A DNA stretch of 64,000 bases, taken from Rotaria socialis. Its lineage: Eukaryota. Under the pieces are notes generated by a model. It worked only from the letters and a program-made list of their open reading frames with translations, was not told where the DNA came from and did not search any database. Both the position numbers and the translations under genes were made by a program. Each line of letters starts with the position of its first letter. The stretch's first letter is position 1. Below, piece by piece: positions 52,170 to 64,000 of this stretch. Location of the stretch: contig CAJNYD010000236.1 of NCBI GenBank assembly GCA_905331295.1, forward strand, positions 124,001 through 188,000, in the 5' to 3' direction.

Positions 52170-53507
52170 CAGTAGAGATACTGAAATACATCAATGTACT
52201 TTTCGATCGATCGGGACGAAATACTGATGGTATGAGAACTTACTTGACGAACAAGAAAAGTACGAACAAAAGAGAATACACAAATAGGTCAGAGATCATG
52301 AGAGAGAGAGAGAGTAGCTAAAATAAATAGAAGCACAACATTAATGAACAAAGCAAATGGAAAGAAATAGAGTAGAGTAATAATTTGAACAATTGAATAG
52401 TGATTTGTCGGAGAAAATAAGCAAAATAACTAGTTGAAAGGATTCTTTGTTGTTGACAGGCAATCGCAACATTCATAATTCTGTGGTTAAAGTCGGATTC
52501 ATCTATCTATCTTTCTATGCGCACCAACCACTAGCTACGATCATGTCCACATTGTCAAGTCATGCTCACGGTTAATAAGCACCTGGTAGCATCTCAAAAT
52601 ATATAAGATTTTACATAGTTGTGCTGATAGTAACCGCTCTTGTTACTTGAGTCAATCGATATTGCAAATCAGTTTTGCCTTTCGCTTTTGTTGCTATTGT
52701 TACTTCAAAAAACGAGACTACCAACCGATCATTACGTGTGAACGGCTACGTTATCAGACTGGCCGACTGCATCCTTTCCGTAAGGAATGTAAGAATTCTA
52801 TGTGTTTTTCAGAATGTATATCAGATTATGTTTGGATTGGGAATTTTGATGTTATTTTATGGTTTTTGGGGGGGACTCAGGTGTAACTAACTAGATTTAT
52901 TCTTCATCACGTCAGCCATACTAGACACTTGGGAGTGTATGAACTTTCATTAGCAGTTCTACTAAATGAATCTGATATTGTACTCGGATTGAGTCATATA
53001 AAAGAGGGCATGCCGATTGGATGTTGATTCACGGTTCCTATTGACACTTTTCTGCGAGAAAAAAATATTTATAATAAAACTCGCTTGTGATATATTGCCG
53101 TAATCAGAAGGATCTAATTCAAGAGCTGTTGACTAAATGCAATGGTGGTTCGACGATTTTCTATGATTTCTGCTAATGAATCAAGTTCTTTAATTAGCGA
53201 TCATCACTGGCACACGCATCGATGTGGCAACTATGATTAATTTTAACGAATTATTCGCTGTTTTTGTTCAGTTCCATCACTGTGTAATGTTCTTGTACGC
53301 ATACTCAAGCAATTACAATCATGATCATTTAGCAACCATTCTACTTAAAGGACAGCTTGATGAAATCTATACTTTGCGTATCAACAATAGTTTCAAGGTT
53401 AAAAATAGGGCAGTGTCAAACATGGACTTTCATGTATCCAATAAATCAATTTCATAGTATTCTCTTCAATTTTATTCACTAAAATCAAGAAAAACAGATC
53501 TCATATA

Positions 53508-54322
53508 TCAATTGGCTTGTCTGTCAACAGCTCGACGAAGAAAATCATCAATAACAATTTCGTTTGTTTGTGGAAGTAAGATGTATGATCCATCTGATTT
53601 CAATCGATTGAATGTACTTTTAGCTTTTTCTATGAAGATCTCTTTGGCAACAGCAGCAAATATATCCGTTATGTATACTTTATCGGAATTTTTCGAAGTC
53701 ATGTCTGTGATCATTCGAAGTAATTGTTTGATAGTCTCATCTTTCTGCTCCTTGACCTTACTATTAAAGCAGAGATAGCGTTGATCGCATCGTTTGAGAA
53801 GTTGATCTAATCGATGAGTTTGCGGTAATTGTGATAAATATATATCTAATGTGATTTCTTCGTCCTCAAATTCATCACCATGCGTGAAAATAATGATCGT
53901 ATGATTGATTGCCGTTTGACCAAAGATTTCGCTTAGACAATCGGCTGCTTGTTTTTCTTAGGCTGTCAGCTGTTCATTCATATGCTGTACCAAACTCATG
54001 TTGTATTGCCTTGTATGCTATATTAGGATCAAGAAATTCCGGTGTATCCACAAGAAATAATCTTTTCTGTTCGAAGTCTCGAGCACCATAAGCACATTTC
54101 GTTGTGACACCAATAGGACTCTTTCCAGACTTGAGATATTTCTCATCAAGTATGATATTACCGACTGAAATTTTGCCTTTATCAGCAAACAAATCAACTC
54201 TTTAGGATAGTTTCAATGTATATGCTTCACCTGTGCCAGTTCTACCGAGTAAAATCGTCCGAATTTCATTATCTGCTTCAGTTGCTAGAGATTTGATTTG
54301 AGTAGTACTCGCTATCTTCAAC
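53508..54322 (-). pseudogene. GIMAP/AIG1-type GTPase pseudogene
   Basis: IRTILLGRTGT|GKISVGNIIL, VTTKC, LVDTPEFLD and HTIIIFTHGD are present. Stops at ~53974 and ~53958 and the PGPH-x-FLLV segment is missing; G1 is GKI instead of GKS and G3 is DTPE instead of DTPG. Confidence 0.85.
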
Positions 54323-54684
54323 CTACAATATCGCAATCATTGATACATCATAGAAAATAAGAAATAAAATATTTAAACAAGAGCATTTACTACAAAGCAC
54401 AACAGAGCTTGCTTGACTTCTTTTTGGTAAAATAGCATAATTCTATTTTATTTGTTATAGACGATGAACATAGTTGGATAATCATGTCTTTATTCTAGTC
54501 TAATTCTGGCATATATACTAAGTAAAGAAAACCCTGAACATTTGTTTCTTCAAACATCTCACTAAAGCATGTTTTATAAAGAAAACGTATCTGAGAATAT
54601 TCTTTGTCATATAAAAGGATTCCGTCTAACGACAACTTTTAGTGTGCAATAAAAATCTTAACGAAACCCGAGACAAATAGAATT

Positions 54685-54753
54685 TGGGTGTGGATGTGGA
54701 TGTAAGTGAATAATAGTAAAATCCACACCCACACCCACACCCACACCCACACC
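54685..54753. repeat. Inverted TGTGG(G/A) / (CCCACA)n hexamer repeats
   Basis: TGGGTGTGGATGTGGATGT, an ~18-nt spacer, then ATCCACA(CCCACA)4CC. Confidence 0.8.
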
Positions 54754-54911
54754 GTTGTCCATCTTCATTTTAATCGTTGCTATCGCATGTAAAAATTAAA
54801 TGTCGAAATACTTCATTGGGTTGTTCGGAAGTTTTATCTTATGATTCGTTAGAACAATACGAAAAGTTTAAATGTAAATACTTGATTCCAACATGTTCCG
54901 AATGCATGCAG

Positions 54912-55225
54912 CCCATGTAAAAAAATTGGATTAGTAATCAAATTAAAAATCTATTATAATGGCACTATTTTTATCTGATTTTATTCAGATTTTTCAACCT
55001 CAAACGGCAGATTATTTTTGATTTTGATCTTATTTTAATCGATTATAATAGTTTCGTAGGTAATCAATTAAAATTGATTAAAACAGAAGCAAAACCAAAA
55101 ATAATGTGCCTTTTAAGGTTGACAAATCTGATTAAAATCAGATTATAATAGTGCCACTAAAATAGATTTCCAATCGCGTCAAAATCAATTACAATCAAAT
55201 TTTTTACGATTTTGTTTTACATGGG
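54912..55225. mobile_element. MITE with CCCATGTAAAA termini (AATC/GATT-rich)
   Basis: CCCATGTAAAA ... TTTTACATGGG; internal inverted pair ATCTATT..TGGCACTATT / AATAGTGCCA..AATAGAT. Confidence 0.8.
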
Positions 55226-56277
55226 AAACAATACTTGTATCAAAATTCAACGAACATATTCAACTATCTGGTAACTGTGCTTCATGTCAAATTCGATGTA
55301 CAATTTGTTAATCGTTTATTACAAAACGAAATAGTTTTAGAGATCATTTTCAGGAATGTTCCATGAATAGATTGAAGAATGTGTTTGCTGAAATAGCTAG
55401 ATCTCGAACGACAACAACAAACATTGCCTTTAACTACAGAGCAAAGAAATCTATCGTTGCTTCAAAAAGTATCCAATACATTATATTTGACTGAAGAACA
55501 ACGGCTAAATCTACGATTATCACCGAATTTAGTTGATGTTGATATGATCCGACAAGCACAAGAACGTGAATGTGGTCGTTTGCATCATATATTGTTAATG
55601 ATAGTATTTATTTTGTGTAACTGGAGAAAAGCGCCATGTCTTCTTTAGATTATTTCGTTTTCTGATTTTCTAGAAATCAGTATCTTTACCTTTTGATATA
55701 TATTTGACGTGCCTACGTTGCATTTGCAAAATACATCTGTGAAGACATCTCTCTTATTACACTATATTGCTACTCGTTAGGCTTAGTCATGTCGCACATT
55801 TTCGAGTGTCTCTCCGATAAATACATTGTATTCTCTTTCGTACTGATACTTTTTTTGTTTGGTTGTTCAATGCGAGGACCATTAAAAGCGCTTGAATTTA
55901 GTGCAACGAGAAATCATATTATAGTCAGTATTAGTACATCTTTTTATCATCTTCTATTTACGAGATTCTATCCAAATCAACACAGCAAACAATCCAATTT
56001 AATGATTATTTAGCAAAGCTTATCACATATGTCTATGATATATTTATAGAGCATTTCAAATATAATGAATTGACGTCTTTTTTAATTGTTTTGCTCTGTG
56101 AGATTTTATTTTTGCGTCATACAAAAAACAACATCCTTGCTAAAAAAATAACACAAAATCAAGTTGTTGATAGTTTTTTGAGATTTCTTATTGAGAAAAA
56201 CAATTTCAACACAACGAAAGTGATTTTAGAAAGATAATATTTTTCATGCGTATTGATTAGTTTCAAGGAAAATAGAT

Positions 56278-58596
56278 TCAAGTTGGCTTTTTCGATTTGC
56301 TTTTTCTCTTCTCAACTATCTGGCTAATACGTTTAAGTTCAAATTCAGCCGATACTCGAGCTGGATTTCCTGGTGGAAGAGTTTTGGTGTAAATATCGAC
56401 AACACGTTCAAAAGTTTGTTTAGCATTATCGAGTAATCGTAGATCGAATTGAATAGCGCCCATAGTTTCCAACAATTCTGCCACTACGTCTGAATCCGAT
56501 GAAAGATTTCGTTCAAAAATAGTCAATGCTCGTGTACACATTTCGAGAGCTTGACGATGCTTTCCTGAATCTTGATAAACGTTGCCGAGCGTTGCCAAAG
56601 TAGTACCGACGCTAACTTCGTTGACAGGTTGCTGTGCCTCTTGCAAAGTTAAACAACGTTCTATTGCAGCGATAGCCTGGTCAAATTCTCGGCGAGCACA
56701 ATAAGCATTGCCAATGGCAAGTAGGCTAGATGACTGAGCAGCAATATCATCAGGATGAATTTTTTCACGAATACCAAGAGCACGTTGATGATAATCTAAC
56801 GCTAAATCATACTGACCACGAAGATGATGAATATGACCTAAGTCAAACAATGTTTCACATATATCTTCGCCTTTCTGATAATAGATATTAAATTAAATTT
56901 GGTTTATGATAGTTTTAACTCCATATCTAACCTGTTCTAGAATTTTCAATGCTCGTGTCTGACATTCCAATGCATACTCGTAGTCTCTGTTCTTCTCAAC
57001 ACACAGTCGTCCAATCATGTTCAGGATTCGAGCAGAAACAGGTGCTTGAATATTCCGAAACGTAGCTAATGCTAAATCGATTTCACCTTGTTCCAAATAT
57101 TTCTGTGCTTTCAGTTCATCGGCGTTGCGAATTAAACTTTGAAAACAGATTAAAATAAACTAATCATTCTATAGAAACAACTATCAAACAATCTGATGTC
57201 TTTATAATACCTGGTGGGAATGGAATTTGCTGATGTGTTTGCTAGAGATGGTGGTGGTGGTGGTGGTGGAGGAGGAGGAGGAGTTTCAACTCGAGGAACT
57301 GCCAAAATTTCATCGAGTATTGCTTGAATTGATTGATCATGATGTTCTTTAAAATATTCTTGCGCAATAGTTTGCCCATCGGTGACTGCTGGCTTCATTT
57401 TAATGACTGACATTGGTCCTCGATGGACATTAATCACTCGAAATGAAATTGAAACACCGAATAGAATCACATTTGATGACGTTTTATTTGATACTTGACT
57501 GTACATACTTGTCGAATCACAATCAATTTTAAAGAGAACCGACAGTAGATCAGAACGATAGTTGGGCAATGATGCCAATGACAAAGCATTTGTTCTTGAT
57601 TTAGTACATGGAAAAAAGTCACTTGTACACACAAGTTTACCAACATGACTTTCAAATCGATCTAGAACTGCTGTAGTTAATTTCATTCCTCGATAAAATT
57701 GATCACTCAATCTATGTTTCGGTTGTTGCTGAAAGAAACGATATGTATCAATGAACATAAATCGACACACTTTCAATTGCTCTAAATTGCGAAAATGAAT
57801 GGCGTGAAGAAGAAAATGATTTGGGAATGGTGAATGAAAACACCATTGAAGAACATCAGATGATCGATAGGATTTTCCGAAATCTTCGATCATTTCCATT
57901 ATTCGTCCATTGTCTCGATAGTACATTCGAGTCATTTCAATGAAGTCAGATTTATTTGAAAATGACTTTTTATTTGTTAGCTAAACAAAATAATTCATTT
58001 TTTCAAGATCTATGTTTGAATGATGTGAAAAAATCACTTGCCTCGTCTCTCCACAACTGATACCATAGAAACGAAGTCTCCTCTTCGAATGAAAAATTTT
58101 CCAGTCGAATTTGTTCGAAAATTTCGACTGTGTCCTTCAATGATCGAAATAGTTGTTCTTGTTGAGTGAAAACACCAATTAATTTTGGAAAATCACCTTT
58201 GATATCACGAGGATTGGAATCTACGATAAATATTGCTTCAACATTTTCCATCTTATGAACCGTCATCAATAATTCTATGTTATAAATTGAGCAGATGAAG
58301 AAGACACTCTCCTTAGTTGATCGTATTGCATCTAAACAAGAGCTGGAAGTCGAATAACATCGAGTCGAATCGTTTATTGATCGCAGGAAAGCAAGCATAT
58401 TCGGTGACGATGACCCTTCAGCATCCAAGCGGATAAAAACAAGATTTTCATGATTATCATCTCTTCTGATCAGCCGGCGATCACTTTGAGAAGCATTCTC
58501 GACTTTGACAGATGAATCTATTTTCTTTGCCATGCTGGTCATTGATCTGGGTGCATTAATTACATTGGATGAAGAAACAGATTTTGCAGCATTCAT
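56278..58596 (-). CDS. ADP-ribosyltransferase-like domain + polyproline linker + TPR repeat protein (4 exons)
   Basis: N-terminal domain (LRSINDST..EAIFI..GVFT..FLWYQL); ART-like FYRGMKL..GKLVCTSDFFPCTKSR..SVLFKID..ILF..FRVINV; P10 run; kinesin-light-chain-like TPRs (LGHIHHLRGQYDLALDYHQRALGIREK). Confidence 0.82.
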
Positions 58597-60098
58597 TACT
58601 TGACAAACAATATTCAAATTATCTAAAGAAAATAGTTCACAGTTAAATTGAAATTCTGCTCAAAAATATTCTGAACTTTATTGAGCACTCAAGTTTCTCC
58701 GAACGTTTATTTCTTTTTTCTTTTACCAAATTGATGCATTTAGTAAAACTTCTTTCAGCTTTATTTTATCTAATCATCTTTTCCAAATTTTAAAACTGAA
58801 GTACATTTAAATTGAATTCGGCTTATATTCCAAATCAAAGATTTTTTTCGGCCACGTAATTCTATCGAAATGCATTGATTCTTCGTATACAAACTGAAAA
58901 ACTAGTCATAAAAAATTCTTGATCAAAGATATTCTACTAGACTCACTGACTTCTATTGCAACGGTTACGAACAAAAACCAATGCTTTGACTCGTATAATC
59001 CATCGTTTCTTTTTTTTTGCGCTTGTGATCCGATAAAAACAAAATGCGCAAATAAATCATTTCGTCACTCAACGTACATCAACGGTAAAGTGTGTCAAAA
59101 CAAAAAAAGTTGATTGTACAAATAAATACTTTGTTGTTGGCTTTGCACACAGATGCACAGCAAACATGCCGCTGAATGAAAACGTTTTTTTCAGCGCACG
59201 CAAATAATTTTAACGTTCGCATCAACGAGGCAAATTTTGATGATCTGAAATGCACCGCAATCGGTTATTAAAATATGACTTCTTTTCCATCAAACGATGA
59301 AATTTGACGACACATTCGCTCTCAAATTCTTTCGCATTGAATATTTTGACTTTTACGTTTTCTTTTGAGTTTTATATGAATATAGAAATAGTATGCTGCG
59401 AAAATAATAAGCTACTAGGTAGATGTGTTTGTAATACTGTATCAACTTCTGATACGAATCATTATATTTGTGATCATCTTACTTAAACATATTTCGAAGA
59501 TTTTTCTTCTCATGCAGATTAGATTCTCTATCTTCATGGCACTGTATACATAAATCTAACCAAATAACGTGAATCCCAACAATACATATTAAATTTAAAC
59601 TTTGAATTCGAATTGTGGAAAAGTAATCAATGCGTTTAAAAAGTAATCAGTAGTGGACTATAAGACAAACGTTTAAAACATACTCTCAGTAGGATTGCAC
59701 AGGCATGCACAGTTGTGAGGTATTTTAGATCAGAATCAGATGAATATGAAATGATGGAATTTAGAATCTAGATCAAATTTACTGTGCAAATCGAAGCGTA
59801 TTTATGCTTGAAGACAAACAAAAACAAGTGTTTTATTTCAAGCATCGTTCTTAGAAGAAAATTTCTCAGACGAACTAAAATGGAAAGAATAAAATTATTT
59901 TATGAGGTCATTTGATTATAGTTCATATATTCTTTTATTAATGAGAAAAAAGAGTGATTGAATAGAATAAGAAAAGTAAAATGATTAGTAAGAAAAATGA
60001 ATAGAGAACTATTTGAATTGAAAGAGAATAAAAAAAATTATTAGAAAAAAAAATAGTACGCTCTTTATTGAACATAATTTAAATCTCTCGATGCTCAT

Positions 60099-61385
60099 TT
60101 ATCCTGAAAATGTACCCGCGTTGGCATCAAAAGTTAATATCATGTAACTGGTCACTGAATTTGCTTGGCTGACTGAAAAAGTCATCGAAGATCCATTGGA
60201 TGAGACTAGAATCCAAAATAAATATTAAAATCGAAAATGATATAAAAAATTAAAAAAACAGCAAGAATAATTCTTTACTCTGTACACGAATAGTAGCTGA
60301 TGAATCTCCACCAGACGCTTGAAAATACATATATCGTACAATACCAGGTGCATTTTCATACAATAAAATTTGGAAAGAATAATATTGAGTTGGTTGCCCG
60401 TAATGACTCGTATAATATTCGAATGTTGCTAATTGATTAGGTGATGTTCCTGAAACGCTATAGTAGACATTTTGGGACGTGCCCGCATAAATCATAAGAT
60501 CGCCCCAATAACCCAAAGCTGTTGGTTCTCCAAAGCTATTAGTTGGGAGATTTGCATTTGTATAACTAGCAGAACAAGCGCCGGGACAGAGGACCTGAAT
60601 ATAATTTACATTTGACTTTAAAAAGAACCTATTGTTCTCAAAATAGATATTCTATTTGAAGACGACTTACCCCATTACTTGTAATAGATAAAGTTGATGT
60701 AGTGTAGCCGTACATTGTTAGACTCATTGGCAATGTCATTGTGTAATAAACATCATCGATTGGAAGTTGGCCACTCCATCCCGGTACGGCAATCGCACCT
60801 AAGAGTTGCACAGCAGGTGCATTACTGCATCCATCTGCTGAGCAACCAGTAGAAGATGAAGGACATACATTAGCAAATGAACCACAGTTGTTGAAATCAA
60901 TTTGAATATTAAGATATGTTCCTGATGAACTTCTTGAATAACCAGAAGCACATGCCACTAGTGCTAGAATATAAAATAACATTTGTATCACCATTATTAA
61001 CTTGTAGACTTGTCTACACTTACCTGTTGTTTCGCTAGTAGTAGTTGTGGTACCCGTTGTCGTTGTCGTCGTCGTCGTAGTAGTAGTAGTCGTTGTTGTT
61101 GTTATAAATTTTTGAGCGATGAGTATTGGTATAATCACAGCTGCTGCGAGAATGCATATTAGGAGTACACCAACGAGTCACTTAATTGGATCCATCCCTC
61201 TGCATTCAATAAAAAATTTGTGTTGGCTACAATATATAACTGTTTACGAACCTGGCACTTCTCACTGCATGTAGGTTTTCAAAATCAACATGAACGGAAC
61301 GGGATGCTTGTAATTGATTTGCATTATACGGCTCAGGATGTGCATCGGTTCTCATTTGTTGAGCTGCTTGTGGATATTGTGCCAT
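60099..61385 (-). pseudogene. Type II membrane protein with Thr-rich stalk, Cys-rich module and C-terminal beta-rich domain; in-frame TGA
   Basis: Approximate exons 61385-61252, 61200-61024, 60960-60671, 60595-60278, 60206-60099. TM LVGVLLICILAAAVIIPILI; poly-T; DFNNCGSFANVCP; DDVYYTMTLP..TSNG..YWGDL..FEYY..SATIRVQ. TGA at 61178-61180 falls immediately before the TM. Confidence 0.7.
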
Positions 61386-64000
61386 TTGACTCTTATAGAA
61401 AAGAAAAATTCTCGAATTTAAAAGAACAAGATATTACTGAGCACATATAATACATGTCTTTAAAACCATACCGCCCACCATAAAATTCCATTTCTTATGT
61501 CTTTAGGAAATCAGTTGATTATTTTTTTTTATACCTCTTATGACATTGAATAAAAGAAAGTGAGAAAAGGCAAAAATATCTGTATATTGTACCTCACATT
61601 GTGCGTACTGGTGAAATGTTTTCTATGCTGATACTTATGATTTCTAATTCGCATATATCATCTTTTGAGACGAAATGGAAGTGTATTTGGTTTTTTCAAG
61701 AGAAAAACCTAGAATTTCCATCATGCAGCTAATCATATTCTGATGGTTTTGCTATAATATTAGACACGCCAATGTTTCATTATAAAATTCGGGGAGACTG
61801 CTAGACGTGTAAACCTAATCTGTTCTATGTTGATTCTTAACTACAGCATAAATAAATAGATTTAGACTACTTCGAAAAGTTGCTGACTGAAAAATCCCAC
61901 TGAGTTTCTTTTAAATTCCATCTCTCATACAATTTACTGTCATAATAGTAATCAGTCACTGACTTATCTGCTGAACGTTGGCATCGTGGTGTGAACTATT
62001 AGGAGCAGTCGTGTTAGCATTTTTGAGCGTTCGATAATACGCTTTGGCTAATCGCATATTGTCGAATTTTTAGGACTGCACAAATGTTAAAAGGATTCTG
62101 AATGTTTCGTTTTGATTCACCGTTGAAATAAGTAAGTGAACTGATTGTTGTTGTTGCTCGTGCTATTTTTTACACAGACGCTTTTGTTTTTGTTGTGTCA
62201 GCTTTGTACTTAGCACCTACTTAAATAATAATAAAAAACAATTTAAGCATATGCAGAATTTTAGTTGATGTGATCAGTAATGTGTTAAGTAGCAAAGACA
62301 ATCCATGTGCTAGTTGTAACATAGCATACAAGCAATTTTATTTTTCAGCAATATTTTAACTTTTGTTCTTTTCTGTTATGAAAAAATCACACGATAAATT
62401 CAGATGAAATGTAGAATGGTGATCAAGTGCGCTTCAGCTTACTAATTGTTTCTTAAAAACAAGCTAGACAATCATCAGTTACGACTACATGATTCAGCAT
62501 TTTAACATTTTTATCTACTTAAGAAACCTTTTCCATTGGGTGTGATCATAATAATATGAAAACATAGAAAAAATAATTGTCATGTGAAAATAGTTTATAA
62601 TTCATCGTGGTTTGTTAACATTACTTCCTTAATTTAACATAAATATGAAAAAATGGTAAAACTCAACATTCATCGTATACTTTATCGATATAAAACGTTT
62701 TTCAGCAGTTGGTTGGTATTTTTTGTTTAGCATCCCATCGATCAATATTTCTGCTATCGCTTTCATAAGTAAAACGATCTAGAAATCCTATCTATTGCTT
62801 TGTATTATCCTCTGAATACAGATACATTCTTTCTCAATGTAAATTAGCCAGTACATTGCTTAAAAGGCTTAAATCTGTGCAAAAAGTGGGTCTCATTATG
62901 CAATGAGAATATGGTATTGATATTGATGTTTGCAACAAGAGTTTTACAGTGGAAATTTCAAGTACATGGTAATACAACCAATGATATACCGGTTTTATCA
63001 TACAACCGAAAATTATTGAAGAATCATTTCGATAAATATGAATCTTGGCGAAGATGCTTAATGGTTATAAGGAAAGTAAATCATTGAATGCTGCAAAAAA
63101 CATATTTTAGTGCATATCAGAATTTGTTTTCGAATTTTACAAGCTGGAAATCAACATTTTACTGTTAATTCAATTAATCAATAGAATAATGAAAGTAACG
63201 TTTGTGCATCAACATTTTTAGGCAAATTGATTTGTGTCATCAAAGGTACTCACGTATTACCCTATTCTATCATGGCTGCAAGTCTACTTAGAGCCGCAAA
63301 AGTTGTACTAGAACAAAATGAATGAATCGTTGTATTATGCAAACTATGACACCCCATTTTTCAATTTCTTTTTATTATATAAGCATCCTATTTGATTAAG
63401 ATATTTTTCTTGTTTATTGCTTTTATTTTTGTGAAACATGATCTTAAACGAGTGTTGAAATATATAGGGTAGAAATTTAGACCCATTTCTCTGCAATTGT
63501 CTATGATGGTTTCTAGAGACTCTCCATACATCATAATACAGACTGTAACAGAGAAGCTCCACAGACCATCACCGACCGTGATAGACAGATTCCAGAAAAG
63601 GAGTTTCATCGTGTTTCACATTTTAATCCCACAGGGATTGCGCTAACAGCTTTTTTTCTTTCATACTGTTGACATTGTAAACTAGTCGGCTCGTAATTGC
63701 TCAATGTAGATTAAAGATAAACGTTGGAAGAAAAAGCAAAAAGCTGTTCTTTTTCATCCTACATAAAAACACATTTTATGCTACGACTCAGATGTGCGCA
63801 GTAGATTGTGGGCAAACTCAGACTTTTCCCCCGGTAACTGTAAAAGAAGCTATACTTCATCACATTTCAGGCGAATCTCATTGTTTTTAATGAATGATGA
63901 AATAGTGATCGAAACAAGCAGCACTCTACTTTAATGACTGCAATGTGTTAGTAGCCAGTTTTGTGCACTTTGAATATACTTAGAGTATAGACATATGTCT

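Noticed and set aside
63344..63609. Two overlapping short minus-strand ORFs, possible gene or transposase relic
   Set aside because: No motif I can assign; would need BLASTX.

Overview
AT-rich eukaryotic genomic DNA with many ~50-65 nt GT-AG introns. Gene content and repeat style suggest a bdelloid rotifer, which is my inference. Left part (2-21 kb): a ~24-exon DUF4062-NACHT-WD40 (NWD/QUI-1-like) gene ending in a CaaX box. Its 3' end is tandemly duplicated. A rhodopsin-family GPCR sits in the last intron of both copies, decayed in copy 1 where the host is intact, and intact in copy 2 where the host exons are broken. This looks like a nested gene released by duplication and reciprocal loss. 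20.6-28 kb is a nest of non-autonomous DNA transposons with a ~185-bp tandem array and one N. 29-49.6 kb is a compact conserved cluster: NTF2, kindlin, two SLC35G/EamA transporters, SLC25A42, FBXO28, a SLIMP-like SerRS paralog and APC5. 49.7-64 kb is accessory: MITEs, an orphan ORF, a GIMAP pseudogene, telomere-like repeats, a degenerate ART-TPR gene and a nonsense-disrupted Thr/Cys-rich membrane protein gene. Exon boundaries were read by eye and some may be off by a few bases.
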